The notes below the pieces were generated by a model. It did no database searches. It had not been told where the DNA came from and saw only the letters and a program-made list of their open reading frames with translations. The position numbers and the translations under genes are program-made. A stretch of DNA of 64,000 nt, taken from the NCBI GenBank assembly GCA_963718665.1, contig OY970359.1, positions 1,888,001-1,952,000 of the forward strand, given 5' to 3'. Shown here in pieces: positions 8,101 to 18,742 of this stretch. The stretch's first letter is position 1; each line of letters starts with the position of its first letter. Source of the DNA: an uncultured Phycisphaerales bacterium. GTDB taxonomy: Bacteria > Planctomycetota > Phycisphaerae > Sedimentisphaerales > Anaerobacaceae.

Positions 8101-9900
8101 CTAATCCCTGCTTGTTACATAAACTGCCTGCTCGGCGAAAAGATTCGGCACAAACTTCACCTGGCTGCCCCGCGTTTCGCTCAGCGCTATTTTCTTTTCA
8201 ACCTTTACGCCGAGCTTGTTGCAAAATCTGTCAAAATCCTTAATAGTGAAGAAGTGCACGTTCGGCGAATTATACCATTCGAAAGGCAGGTTGCCCGTTA
8301 CCGGCGCCTTGCCCAGAATCGCCATTTGTAATCTGCACCGCCAGTGCGCGAAATTCGGGAAGCTGACAATCACCTTTTTGCCGACCCGCAGCATTTCGAG
8401 AAGCGCCTTCTCGGGATTTTTCAGCGTCTGCACCGTCTGCGATAATATCACATAATCGAAGCTCTTGTCGGCATAATAATCAAGCCCCTGCTCGACATCC
8501 TGCTGGATAACAGGTAATCCCCGGCAGACACAATCCAGCACAAATTCCTGGCCAAGCTCGACGCCTTCGCCTTTTATGTGTTTGTCCCGGACAAGATTTG
8601 CAAGCAGTTCCCCGCTGCCACAGCCAACGTCAAGCACGCTGCTTCCCGGCTCTATGAGGGATTCAATGAGGTCATAATCGACACGCGCCCTTTGCGGCTG
8701 GTCAAAAACATCCAGCCCTTGTCCTCGCTTCGCGATACAGGAACATGGTTTGCGATTCTGCGGGTCATAGGTCGCTTTCAGAAAACAGCAGATAAGTTGT
8801 CCAAGTGTGTCAATCTCCAGCAAAAACGCGTCGTGACCATAAGGCGAGGCGATATCGCAGTAGCTGACATCCTTGCGATTCGCGGCAATCGCTTCGGCTA
8901 TCGCCCTCGATTGCGCAGGCGTGAAAAGCCAGTCGCTCGACAAGCTCACGACCAGAAATCGGCTTTTCGCGTTAGCGAACGCCTGTTGCAGTGAGCCGTA
9001 GTCCTTTGTAAGGTCGAAATAATCCGACGCCTTGGTAATGTAAAGGTAACTGTTGGCGTCGAAACGCTCGACGAAGCTCTGCCCCTGATAATCAAGATAC
9101 GTCTCGACGGCGAACTCCGAGGCAAAATCATATTTATAGTCGTCGGCAGTCCGAAGTTTTCTGCCGAATTTATCACGCATACTCTCTTCGGACAAATACG
9201 TAATATGCCCTATCATCCTGGCGATGCCAAGCCCCTGTGCGGGCTGGCCGGTTTCGTGGTATTGCCCGTCGGCAAAATTATGGTCCGCCAGTATCGCGTT
9301 TCGCCCCACCGCGTCAAACGCTATCGATTGTGCGCTTAAATGGCTTGTCGTCGCTATCGGTATCGCTGCTTTGACAAAATCCGGATACGAAATCGTCCAC
9401 TGCAAAACCTGCATCCCGCCTATCGAGCCGCCAATCACGGACAATAATTTTTTTACGCCGAGCTTATCGAGCAGGAGCTTTTGAACCTTCACCATATCTG
9501 TTATTGTGATAATCGGGAAATCAAGCCCGTACGGTTTGCCGGTTTTGGGGTTAATCGAAGATGGCCCAGTTGTTCCGGAACACCCGCCTAAAAAATTCGA
9601 GCAAATCACAAAATATTTATTGGTATCGATACCCTTTCCCGGCCCGACCGTATTATCCCACCAGCCGGGTTTGCGGTCATCAGGACTGTTTAATCCCGCA
9701 ACGTGGGCGTTGCCGCTGAGGGCATGGCAAACCAGGACAACATTATCCCCCGTCGCGTCGGGCTTGCCGTATGTTTCGTATGCCACGTCAATAGGCCCAA
9801 GCGTCTTGCCGCACGCGAGTTCCAGCGGATTATTCTCTTCGACAACCCGTATTATCTGCGTTTTAACTATACCAACCGAGTTTTCCTTCGAGTTTGCCAT
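8101..9900 (-). CDS. metX: Homoserine O-acetyltransferase fused to a MetW-like methyltransferase domain
   Basis: CHALSG, GGSIGG nucleophile elbow, SDWLF, YGHDAFL; C-terminal VLDVGCGSG...FDYVILSQT...VSFPNFAHW...WYNSPNVH (MetW). Confidence 0.92.
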   Translation of the reverse strand: MANSKENSVGIVKTQIIRVVEENNPLELACGKTLGPIDVAYETYGKPDATGDNVVLVCHALSGNAHVAGLNSPDDRKPGWWDNTVGPGKGIDTNKYFVICSNFLGGCSGTTGPSSINPKTGKPYGLDFPIITITDMVKVQKLLLDKLGVKKLLSVIGGSIGGMQVLQWTISYPDFVKAAIPIATTSHLSAQSIAFDAVGRNAILADHNFADGQYHETGQPAQGLGIARMIGHITYLSEESMRDKFGRKLRTADDYKYDFASEFAVETYLDYQGQSFVERFDANSYLYITKASDYFDLTKDYGSLQQAFANAKSRFLVVSLSSDWLFTPAQSRAIAEAIAANRKDVSYCDIASPYGHDAFLLEIDTLGQLICCFLKATYDPQNRKPCSCIAKRGQGLDVFDQPQRARVDYDLIESLIEPGSSVLDVGCGSGELLANLVRDKHIKGEGVELGQEFVLDCVCRGLPVIQQDVEQGLDYYADKSFDYVILSQTVQTLKNPEKALLEMLRVGKKVIVSFPNFAHWRCRLQMAILGKAPVTGNLPFEWYNSPNVHFFTIKDFDRFCNKLGVKVEKKIALSETRGSQVKFVPNLFAEQAVYVTSRD

Positions 9901-10005
9901 AATAAGCCCCAGTATACCTCAAATCACCGGCCTGTAAAGGATATGGCTGTCCTTATTCAATGCCTTTGGGGCATAATTTTATATTCCGATTGTCGCCAAA
10001 AACAC

Positions 10006-10034
10006 TTGACACAGCCGCGTCGTATATGTAGATT
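10006..10034 (+). promoter_or_regulatory. Candidate sigma70 promoter for the small basic protein
   Basis: TTGACA-N17-TAGATT. Confidence 0.55.
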
Positions 10035-10103
10035 GTCACGTAATGGTGTCGTCCCTCGATGGGGATATATTATGACACCGAGCTTTTGTGAAAGGGGACA
10101 CAA

Positions 10104-10298
10104 ATGGCAAAGAAAAGAACTCCTAGAGGACAGTGGAGCAAACGGGACCTCAGTATGCTCAAAAAGTTGTTTCCCGTAACCGCCACTTCCAAAATCGCCA
10201 AAAAGGTTGGGCGCAAGACCGACGCCGTAAAAAAGAAGGCGTCCAGAATGGGACTTAAAAAGTCAAAGGCCTATCTGCGTCGCATCGGCAGGGCATAA
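10104..10298 (+). CDS. Small highly basic Myb/SANT-like HTH protein
   Basis: WSKRDLSMLKKLFP....KIAKKVGRK..AVKKKASRMGL; AAGGGG RBS; own promoter. Confidence 0.7.
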   Translation: MAKKRTPRGQWSKRDLSMLKKLFPVTATSKIAKKVGRKTDAVKKKASRMGLKKSKAYLRRIGRA

Positions 10299-10415
10299 CA
10301 TCTCGATAGTAACCGGGAGAAAAGCTCCGGGGAACGTCGAAGGGTTTGATTTCGCCTGCACAATTCAATATACTGAATCGGCGAAGCCGCAAGGTATATA
10401 TAGCAGGTAAAACCT

Positions 10416-11450
10416 ATGACAGCCCAGCGACATCTAAGACAAGCCGTCTTGTGGGAACAGGCACAAGGCAATAAGGTGCAGTGTTTTCTTTGCGCGCACC
10501 GTTGCCTGATTGGCGAGGGCAAAACCGGTATATGCGCCGTCCGCAGGAATATCGGGGGCGTTCTGTATTCGCTCAATTACGACAAGGTTGTCTCGGCGAA
10601 TCCCGACCCGATAGAGAAAAAGCCGTTGTTTCATTTCCAGCCGGGAAGTAAGAGTTTTTCGATTGCGACGATGGGCTGCAACTTCCGCTGCGAATTCTGC
10701 CAGAACTGGCAGATAAGCCAGGCGGTCGTCGAAACCGGCGAATTTGAGGGCGAGGCCATAAGCCCGGAACAAATTGTAAACGCCGCCATTCAGTACGGCT
10801 GCAGAAGCATTTCCTACACATATACCGAACCGACCATTTTTATGGAACTGGCCGCCGACTGCGCCAGATTGGCAAAGCAACACGGTCTGAAAAACGTCTT
10901 CGTCAGCAATGGATATCAGACCAGGGAGGCGATTGATTTCGCAGCCGAGTGGTTGGATGCAATCAATTTGGACCTCAAGGCCTTCAGCGAGGATTATTAT
11001 CACCGGCTGTGCAAGGCAAAGCTCCAGCCCGTCCTTGATACTATTGAATACATCGCCAAACATACCAATATATGGATGGAAACGACAACGCTGCTGCTGC
11101 CCGATGAAAATGATTCCGATGAGGAATTAAAACAGCTTGCCGATTTCCTTGTTACAAAAGCTGGCCCCGATTTCCCCTGGCACGTCAGCAGATTTTACCC
11201 GCAATATAAATATACCAACTCCCAGCCCACATCGCCCAAATCGCTCCAGCGGGCTTATGAAATCGGCAAACAGGCAGGCCTGCACTACGTCTATCTTGGC
11301 AACGTCCCCGGCTCAAAGCAGGAAAATACATATTGTTACAAATGCGGCCACCCGCTCATCGAACGAATCGGCTATAATGTCGCCTCGAACAAAATTAAAA
11401 AATCAACCTGCCCCGATTGCGGCACCCAAATCGCCGGGCGATGGGAATAG
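10416..11450 (+). CDS. amrS: AmmeMemoRadiSam system radical SAM enzyme
   Basis: VQCFLCAHRC...G.C.VR, DPIEKKPLFHF.PG, CNFRCEFCQNWQISQ, YTYTEPT, C-terminal CYKC...CPDC. Confidence 0.9.
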   Translation: MTAQRHLRQAVLWEQAQGNKVQCFLCAHRCLIGEGKTGICAVRRNIGGVLYSLNYDKVVSANPDPIEKKPLFHFQPGSKSFSIATMGCNFRCEFCQNWQISQAVVETGEFEGEAISPEQIVNAAIQYGCRSISYTYTEPTIFMELAADCARLAKQHGLKNVFVSNGYQTREAIDFAAEWLDAINLDLKAFSEDYYHRLCKAKLQPVLDTIEYIAKHTNIWMETTTLLLPDENDSDEELKQLADFLVTKAGPDFPWHVSRFYPQYKYTNSQPTSPKSLQRAYEIGKQAGLHYVYLGNVPGSKQENTYCYKCGHPLIERIGYNVASNKIKKSTCPDCGTQIAGRWE

Positions 11451-11456
11451 TAAACA

Positions 11457-12600
11457 ATGAAAATTATCGCGGATGAAAATATACCGTTTGTCAAAGAATG
11501 CTTCGCATCAATAGGCGACGTTCAAACGCTATCCGGCAGAAAAAATAGCTCCTGATGCGATAGCAGAAGCGGATATTCTGCTTGTCCGCAGCATTACGCC
11601 GGTGAATGAAAAGCTTCTGGCCGGCAGCAAGGTCAAATTCGTTGCCACCGCGACAATCGGTTTCGAGCACGTCGATGTCGATTATCTGAAAAATCGAGGC
11701 ATTAGCTTCGCCTCGGCGCCCGGCTCAAATGCAAACTCGGTCGCTGATTATATTGTAGCAGCATTGCTCTCTGTTGCTCAAAAACACAAAATAACCCTCG
11801 AAGGCAAATCTGTCGGTGTTGTCGGCGTCGGCAACGTCGGCAGCAAAGTCGCAAAAAAGTGTGCCGCCCTTGGTATGAAGGTTAAACTCAACGACCCGCC
11901 ATTATCCCGCCAAACCGGCGATGCAAAATACCGGCCCATCAATGAGCTTTTTGATTGCGACTTCATAACATTGCACGCGCCTTTGACCCGTGAAGGACAG
12001 GACAAAACATACCATTTGGCAGATGAGAAATTTTTAGCGTCTCTCAAAACCGGCTGTGTCTTCATAAATACCTGTCGCGGGGCCGTTCACGATACTGCCG
12101 CACTCAAGGCCGCTATACAAAATAAAAAACTTGGCGCGGTTATTCTCGACGTCTGGGAAAACGAGCCGAATATCGATTGTGAATTGCTTCGGCTTGTTGA
12201 TATTTCCACGCCTCATATCGCCGGCTATTCTCTCGATGGCAAAATAGGGGGGATGATTATGATTTACAATGCCGCCTGCGAACACTTCGGCTTAAAACCA
12301 AAACACAAAATCGAGGATTTCCTTCCGTCGCCGACGGTGCCGCAAATAACAATTGATAAAATCGACACCGACCCGCAAAAGCTTCTTTACGAAATCGTTC
12401 AGCAGGTTTATGTAATCAACCGTGACGATTTCAACACGCGTGAAATTGCTATGGTAGAACAGGAAAAAAGAGGGAAATTCTTCGACGACCTCCGTAAAAA
12501 TTACCCTGTCCGCAGAGAATTTCAAAATACCAAAATCATAATGACTTCAGAAAACGCCTTGAAAACCAAGTTAAGCGGAATAGGGTTTCAAATAAAATAA
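11457..12600 (+). pseudogene. pdxB: 4-phosphoerythronate dehydrogenase with a +1 frameshift near 11540-11545 (probably a sequencing error)
   Basis: MKIIADENIPFV... starts at 11457; removing one A from the A6 run joins it to APDAIAEADILLVRSIT and the 11602 ORF (TATIGFEHVD, GVGNVG, DVWENEP, TPHIAGYS). Confidence 0.85.
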
Positions 12601-13458
12601 ATGGCAGGCAATACCAAAAATACTCTCAAATGGCCGACGGGCAAACTGGACTTTTCCAGTGGTTGCCTTCTGATGGGCGTTCTTAATGTTACGCCCGATT
12701 CATTCAGCGACGGCGGACAATTTATCGACCGCGATAAGGCCATCGAACAGGGTATTAAAATGGTCGAAAACGGGGCGGCGATAATCGACGTCGGCCCCGA
12801 ATCCACAAGACCAGGTGCAGAATCCGTTTCAGCCGACGAGCAAATAAAACGCGCTATTCCCGTCATAAGCACAATTGCAAAAAAAACAAAGACCTGCATA
12901 AGTATCGATACGACAAATTACGAGGTCGCCAGGGCAGCGTTAGACGCCGGGGCAAATATCATAAACGACATCACCGCTTTAGCGGATGAGCGAATGGCGC
13001 AATTGGCCGCCAAACGAAAAGTCCCCGTGATTCTGATGCATATGCGGGGAACACCGCGGACGATGCAGGCCGAGCCGAAATATAAAGACGTGGTCAGCGA
13101 GGTTTTGAAATTTTTGCTCGATAAAGCAAAGCGTGCTGAAAAATCAGGAATACCTAAAGAGCGAATCTTCATCGACCCAGGCATCGGCTTCGGCAAGACC
13201 GTCGAGCATAATCTCAAGCTTTTGGCCAATATCGATAAACTCATAAAGACCGGCTACCGCGTCCTTGTCGGCCCAAGCAGGAAATGGTTTATCGGTAAAT
13301 TAACGGGCAAAGAAAATCCTGCCGACAGGATCTTCGGCACCGCCGCTGCCGTCGCACTTTGTGCCTCCGCGGGCGTATCAATTATACGCGTCCACGATGT
13401 TGCAGAAATGCTTGATGTTGTTAAAATTACAAACGCGATAATAAAAGAAAAGGTGTGA
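12601..13458 (+). CDS. folP: Dihydropteroate synthase
   Basis: MGVLNVTPDSFSDGG, ESTRPGA, IDPGIGFGK, SRK, IIRVHDV. Confidence 0.96.
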   Translation: MAGNTKNTLKWPTGKLDFSSGCLLMGVLNVTPDSFSDGGQFIDRDKAIEQGIKMVENGAAIIDVGPESTRPGAESVSADEQIKRAIPVISTIAKKTKTCISIDTTNYEVARAALDAGANIINDITALADERMAQLAAKRKVPVILMHMRGTPRTMQAEPKYKDVVSEVLKFLLDKAKRAEKSGIPKERIFIDPGIGFGKTVEHNLKLLANIDKLIKTGYRVLVGPSRKWFIGKLTGKENPADRIFGTAAAVALCASAGVSIIRVHDVAEMLDVVKITNAIIKEKV

Positions 13459-13459
13459 T

Positions 13460-13627
13460 ATGGGTATAAGCAGTCATTTAGGTATGGTCCTTCTGGTGAT
13501 AATAGGGATGGCAACAGTCATCGGCGTTATCATCATAGCGACGATTGAAGCGAGACGCGCGGACAGCGGAAAACCTTCGATATTGCCGAACTCGCCGGAA
13601 ACCACGACGGATAAGAAAAAGAATTAA
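13460..13627 (+). CDS. 55-aa single-transmembrane protein
   Basis: Below track cutoff: MGISSHLGMVLLVIIGMATVIGVIIIATIEARRADSGKPSILPNSPETTTDKKKN; starts 1 nt after folP stop with AAAGG RBS. Confidence 0.5.
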   Translation: MGISSHLGMVLLVIIGMATVIGVIIIATIEARRADSGKPSILPNSPETTTDKKKN

Positions 13628-13651
13628 CCGCAAACCTTGCCCGCTGTTTAA

Positions 13652-16105
13652 TTAATTCGCATTAAGGGCGATTTTCAGCACCTCGCTGGTGTTTTTAACG
13701 AACTTGAATTTCATGCCCTTTCTGGCTTCCTTCGGCACTTCCGGCAGGTCTTTTTTGTTGCGGGCGGGCAAAATCACCATCTTTATGCCGGCCTGTTTAG
13801 CGGCCAATATCTTTTCCTTCAATCCGCCTATCGGCAGCACCAAACCCCGTAGCGTAATCTCGCCCGTCATAGCCACATCGGGTCTCACCGGCTTATGCAA
13901 AAGCAAACTGACAAGCGAGCTGAACATCGCTACGCCCGCACTTGGCCCATCTTTTGGAATCGCGCCTGCTGGCACGTGAATATGGTAATCGAATTTGGTG
14001 AACTTACTTGCCTCGATGCCGAGCTTTCCTGCGTTGGATTTCAGGATTGAAAACGCCGCCTGTGCGCTTTCCTTCATCACGTCGCCGATTTGGCCCGTAA
14101 GCTGCAAAGCGCCCTTGCCGGGCATCGACGCCGACTCGATAAACAGTATCTCGCCACCCACGGGCGTAAACGCAAGCGCGGTCGCCACCCCCGGTATCCC
14201 GGCACGCAGGGCAAGCTCCGATTCATATTGTGTGGGCCCCAGTATCTTGGCCAAATCGTCCGCCTTGATGGTCGCCTTCCTCTTTTTGTTTTTCGCGATA
14301 TCAGTCGCCACGGCCCTGCATACCGCCGCGATATTTCTCTCAAGATTGCGTACGCCCGCCTCACGTGTATAACTCTTTATTATTGCAGCGATTGTCTCGC
14401 TTTTGATTTTGAGCCGGTTTTTATTCAGCCCGTGCTCTTTCAATTGCCGCGGCACAAGATATTTCTTCGCGATGTTAAGCTTTTCCGTCTCGGTATAGCC
14501 GGGCAGCTCAATGATTTCCATCCTGTCGTGAAGTGCTGGTGGTATCGGCTCGGTGTAGTTGGCCGTACCAATGAACATCACAGTCGATAAATCAAACGGC
14601 TGGTCTAAGTAATGGTCCGTGAAATTGGCATTCTGTTCCGGGTCAAGCACCTCCAGAAGCGCGCTTGCCGGGTCGCCCCTGAAATCTGCGCCGATTTTAT
14701 CAAGCTCATCCAGCATAAATACCGGGTTTTTGGAGTTCGCCTTTCGCAGTTCCTGCAGGATTCTGCCGGGGAGCGCACCGATATACGTTCGCCTGTGGCC
14801 GCGTATGTCGGCTTCGTCACGTATGCCGCCAAGCGATATACGGATAAATTTCCTGCCCAATGCGGCCGCGATTGATTTACCAAGTGAGGTCTTGCCTACC
14901 CCCGGCGGGCCAACAAAGCAAAGTATCGGGCTTTTGCCTGTCGGATTCAGTTTTCGCACCGCGAGGAATTCGAGAATACGTTTTTTCACCTTTTTAAGGT
15001 CATAGTGGTCGCGGTTAAGGATTCGCTGCGCCTGGTTTATGTCTATGCGGTCTTTTGTCCCCACAGACCACGGCAATTCGCACACAAAATCCAGATACGT
15101 CCTTATTACGCTGTATTCCGGCGAAGCGGACATCATTTTGCTCAGCCGGTCAAGCTCACGCATCGCCTCCGCCTCGACCCGCTCGGGCATCTTCGCCTTC
15201 TTGATATTATCACTGAGCAGCTTAAGCTCCTCGACTCTTGAGTCCTCTTTGCCAAGCTCCGTCTGAATCGCCTTCAACTGTTCCTGAAGAAAATACTCAC
15301 GTTGGCTTTTCTCGACCGAATCGCGAACCCGCCCCTGAATCTTGTGACTAAGCTCAAGGACGTCAAGCTGGTTGGCAAGCTCAACCGAAAGCCGTTCCAG
15401 ACGCCTCGCGGGGTCAAGCTCCTCCAAAAGCTTTTGCCTTTCATCGGTCTTCAAGCTGATATTGGCCGCAAGATAATCCGCCAGGGCGGACGGGTCTTCG
15501 ATTTCTTCGAGCAGGGCAGAAACCTCTTCCGGCACGTTGGGACTAAGCGAGATAACTTTATTAGCCGTCTGCCGGACATTCACCATCAGTGCCTGCAATC
15601 GCTTGGTCATTCTCGCTGTCGAGTCGAGCAGCCGAACCTTCGCCTTGAGGTATGGTTCGGTTGATACTACCCCCGTTACTTCAAAACGGGCTATGCCGTG
15701 AACGAAAATACTAATCGAACCCTGCGGCGCCCTGATAACTTTCAGCACCATTGCGGCTGTGCCCACATCGTAAAGATCCGGGAAATCCGGCTTGTTGGTA
15801 TCGGGCTTACGCTGTGTCAATATCCCGATAACCGTCTCATTCGGCACTACGTCTTTCAAAAGCGCTTTGCTTTTCTCCCTGCCGACCGCCAGCGGCGCGA
15901 CCGTCCCGGGAAAAACAACCGCGTTTCTTATCGCGAGAATTCCAAGCTCTTTGGGCAGCTCGAACTTGTTATTGTTTGCCTGGTTATTTTCCTTGTCGTT
16001 GCTCTGCCCGCCAGATGTAGAACGTTTCCTCGGCGGCTCTGGCGCCAATATCTCATCCGGCCATGTCTCCGCCGTATAAATAAAATCTTTCAAACTACTG
16101 CCCAT
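13652..16105 (-). CDS. lon: Endopeptidase La (Lon)
   Basis: LON N-domain, GPPGVGKTS, RGHRRTYIGA, PKDGPSAG, IGGLKEK; likely start ATG 16105. Confidence 0.96.
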   Translation of the reverse strand: MGSSLKDFIYTAETWPDEILAPEPPRKRSTSGGQSNDKENNQANNNKFELPKELGILAIRNAVVFPGTVAPLAVGREKSKALLKDVVPNETVIGILTQRKPDTNKPDFPDLYDVGTAAMVLKVIRAPQGSISIFVHGIARFEVTGVVSTEPYLKAKVRLLDSTARMTKRLQALMVNVRQTANKVISLSPNVPEEVSALLEEIEDPSALADYLAANISLKTDERQKLLEELDPARRLERLSVELANQLDVLELSHKIQGRVRDSVEKSQREYFLQEQLKAIQTELGKEDSRVEELKLLSDNIKKAKMPERVEAEAMRELDRLSKMMSASPEYSVIRTYLDFVCELPWSVGTKDRIDINQAQRILNRDHYDLKKVKKRILEFLAVRKLNPTGKSPILCFVGPPGVGKTSLGKSIAAALGRKFIRISLGGIRDEADIRGHRRTYIGALPGRILQELRKANSKNPVFMLDELDKIGADFRGDPASALLEVLDPEQNANFTDHYLDQPFDLSTVMFIGTANYTEPIPPALHDRMEIIELPGYTETEKLNIAKKYLVPRQLKEHGLNKNRLKIKSETIAAIIKSYTREAGVRNLERNIAAVCRAVATDIAKNKKRKATIKADDLAKILGPTQYESELALRAGIPGVATALAFTPVGGEILFIESASMPGKGALQLTGQIGDVMKESAQAAFSILKSNAGKLGIEASKFTKFDYHIHVPAGAIPKDGPSAGVAMFSSLVSLLLHKPVRPDVAMTGEITLRGLVLPIGGLKEKILAAKQAGIKMVILPARNKKDLPEVPKEARKGMKFKFVKNTSEVLKIALNAN

Positions 16106-16222
16106 TTTGCCCCTGCACGTCTCTGTTTTCAGTTGTTTCCACAACAGTCGATTGTTATCCGTTCGCACAAACCTAACATACGTCTCGACCTATGCAAAGT
16201 TTAAATTTTAGAAAATTTCAGA

Positions 16223-17353
16223 TTACCCTTCCTCTGCCTGCCCGTTCCAGGCCGACATCCTGCCAAGCTGCTCATTACCCCACTGCGACATTTCTCCCTT
16301 TTCGATTTGTTTTCTTATCTCGCTCATCAGCCGCTGATAAAACCGCAGGTTGTGAATCGTCGCAAGAATAGGCCCCATCATTTCGCCCACATTGAAGAAG
16401 TGGCGGATAGCCGACCGCGGAAAATTCCTGCAGGCGTAACAGTCGCAACCCGGCTCAATAGGTCCCGCGTCGGTTATGTACTCGTTATTTCGCATACGCA
16501 GCGGCCCATTCATTGTGAACGCATACGCGTTTCGCCCGTTACGGGTAGGCAGCACGCAGTCGAACATATCCACGCCCACCATAACCGACGCGATAATATC
16601 CGCTGGATTCCCAACGCCCATCAAATATCTCGGCTTATCATCGGGCAATAGCGGTGCGGTATAGCGAACCGTATTTATCATATTTTCGTGCCCCTCGCCG
16701 ATGGCAAGCCCACCCAGCGCGTAGCCGGCAAAATCCATACTCACCAGCTCCACCGAGCAACGCTGCCTCATCGCCAAATCTATCCCTCCCTGCACTATCC
16801 CGAAAAGCATCTGCTTCGGGTTACTGTGCGCATTTTTGCATCGTTTTGCCCAGCGAATCGTCCTCTCAACCGCCCGTTCTAATTCCGCCTGTTCACAGCC
16901 GAAAGCAGGGCACTGGTCAAAACACATCGCGATATCGCAGCCCAGCCGATTCTGAATCTTAGTCGCGCCCTCCGCGTCGAGATATGCCTTCGCTCCGTCG
17001 ATATGACTGGCAAATTCGACGCCGCCGTCGTCAATCTTGGTCAGCGAGCTAAGCGAGAATACCTGGTAGCCGCCGCTGTCGGTCAATATGGGTCTGTCCC
17101 AGCCCATAAATTTGTGCAGTCCGCCGACGCCTTCTATCACGTCAACGCCTGGGCGGAGCATCAGGTGATATGTATTCGCAAGTATGATTTCCGCGCCAAC
17201 CTCCCGCAGTTGCTCTGGCGTGATACCTTTGACTGTTCCAGCCGTGCCAACGGGCATAAACGCCGGCGTCGAAACATCACCGTGCGCCGTCTTCAAAACA
17301 CCTCGCCTGGCTGCACTATTTTTGTCCCGGTACTTTACCTCAAAGCCATTCAT
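16223..17353 (-). CDS. tgt: tRNA-guanine(34) transglycosylase
   Basis: TPAFMPVGT, NTYHL, TDSGGYQVFSL, DCVLPTRNGRN, CDCYAC...HN. Confidence 0.96.
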   Translation of the reverse strand: MNGFEVKYRDKNSAARRGVLKTAHGDVSTPAFMPVGTAGTVKGITPEQLREVGAEIILANTYHLMLRPGVDVIEGVGGLHKFMGWDRPILTDSGGYQVFSLSSLTKIDDGGVEFASHIDGAKAYLDAEGATKIQNRLGCDIAMCFDQCPAFGCEQAELERAVERTIRWAKRCKNAHSNPKQMLFGIVQGGIDLAMRQRCSVELVSMDFAGYALGGLAIGEGHENMINTVRYTAPLLPDDKPRYLMGVGNPADIIASVMVGVDMFDCVLPTRNGRNAYAFTMNGPLRMRNNEYITDAGPIEPGCDCYACRNFPRSAIRHFFNVGEMMGPILATIHNLRFYQRLMSEIRKQIEKGEMSQWGNEQLGRMSAWNGQAEEG

Positions 17354-18664
17354 TTAATAAGCTCTCACTAATTTTGAGCCGGGATAATAATACTGCAGAA
17401 TCTCGCTTGCGGTCTTACCTTGCATTGCCATACCCTGTGCGCCGCACTGGCACATCCCAACGCCGTGCCCAAACCCTCTGCCTGCCAAAAACGCAACCTT
17501 GCCTTCTATGATGGCAATTTTGCAGGCGGTGCTGCGAATCCTGTTGCCCGCCGGGTCAATCGTAAGCCGGAGGTCCTCCGCCCTCAAAAGTTCACTCCTG
17601 CCGTTTGTGCCGGTAAGTTTCACCATTGTTATACGCGAGAAATCCGGGTAGTCGCTCTGTTTGACCGCCGATATATTCGCGATATCACCAAGCCCTTTTA
17701 ACTGCGGATACTTTTTCTGTACGGCTGTCGTGACCATTTCTTTGTTAAACTGGACCATCGGCCAGAAAAATATATCCGGCCTTGCAACTGCCCTGCAATA
17801 CGGGCACACAACTCCTCCCAGCGGCCCGGCCGAATCCCCGAAAACGTTTTTGGCGTCCTCTGTATGTCCCCCGCAGCTTGAACTGTAATACGCAGGGAAA
17901 AGCTCTTCACCTGATGCCCCCGCGCCAGGCAGCCCTGCCTGCTCGCACATCAGGACTTCTCCCGATGTTTCGTTGACTGCTCTCCACACGCTCGCCGATT
18001 CACCCTTCAATCCTAGGTAAACCTGGCTGGTCTGTGTTCTTGCCATGTCCCAGTCGCGCGTGTAGCCGAATTTCTTCTTGTTATAAAGGCAATAGGTCCT
18101 CGCCGCGATTGCCTGTGCCTTCAATGCCTCCGCCTCCCAGCGGTCGGGCATTTCCGCACCCACAACCCCCGCCAGATACGGCTCAAGAGGCACAATGTTT
18201 ATCGCTTCGAATGTCTGGCCGTCAACGTTGGCTTTCAGCAGCAGTTTGCCGCGAAACTCGTTGCCGTCCATAACAAACGTGAAGGGCTCGTCCGGCAAAA
18301 TCGTTATCTCGCGGGCCGCGAATCTCCTGCCCCCGATAGTAAGCTCACCCCCCAGAACGCCCACGTTCATCAATTGCCCGCGCTCGGTAAATGTCGTCTC
18401 AGGAATCGGGACGCTGCCGTCGCTGTTAAATAAGCTGAATCCCCCTCGCATTTTTATCGTGCAGTGATTGACGTCGTCGGCCAGCAGCACCCGCACCGTA
18501 AACTGCTGCTCGGCGTTCATCTGCGGAGTGCTTTGCACGACCATTTGCTCGTGACAACTGAAAAACACCGCGCCTGCCGCCAGCACTAACCCGGCCAGCA
18601 GGCAATTGCCGATTGTTCGCCACGCCCCGAAATCTTTACGCCACCTGAATTGCCGAAACCGCAT
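17354..18664 (-). CDS. SpoIID/LytB-domain protein (possible lipoprotein)
   Basis: YLAGVVGAEMP..W.AEALKAQAIAARTY, SSCGGHTE, GRGFGHGVGMCQ.GA, ILQYYYPG; start uncertain. Confidence 0.9.
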   Translation of the reverse strand: MRFRQFRWRKDFGAWRTIGNCLLAGLVLAAGAVFFSCHEQMVVQSTPQMNAEQQFTVRVLLADDVNHCTIKMRGGFSLFNSDGSVPIPETTFTERGQLMNVGVLGGELTIGGRRFAAREITILPDEPFTFVMDGNEFRGKLLLKANVDGQTFEAINIVPLEPYLAGVVGAEMPDRWEAEALKAQAIAARTYCLYNKKKFGYTRDWDMARTQTSQVYLGLKGESASVWRAVNETSGEVLMCEQAGLPGAGASGEELFPAYYSSSCGGHTEDAKNVFGDSAGPLGGVVCPYCRAVARPDIFFWPMVQFNKEMVTTAVQKKYPQLKGLGDIANISAVKQSDYPDFSRITMVKLTGTNGRSELLRAEDLRLTIDPAGNRIRSTACKIAIIEGKVAFLAGRGFGHGVGMCQCGAQGMAMQGKTASEILQYYYPGSKLVRAY

Positions 18665-18742
18665 ACTTTTCAGACCGCCTGCCATGCAAAATCTATTTCG
18701 CTGGCGCCCGCGAAACGTCTTCGCCCCCATTTTGTAAAAACT

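Noticed and set aside
10416..11450. Radical SAM as maturase for the Cys-rich tail at 3156-3407
   Set aside because: Sequence matches the AmmeMemoRadiSam family, lacks a SPASM/RRE region and lies beyond the tRNA boundary in a housekeeping operon
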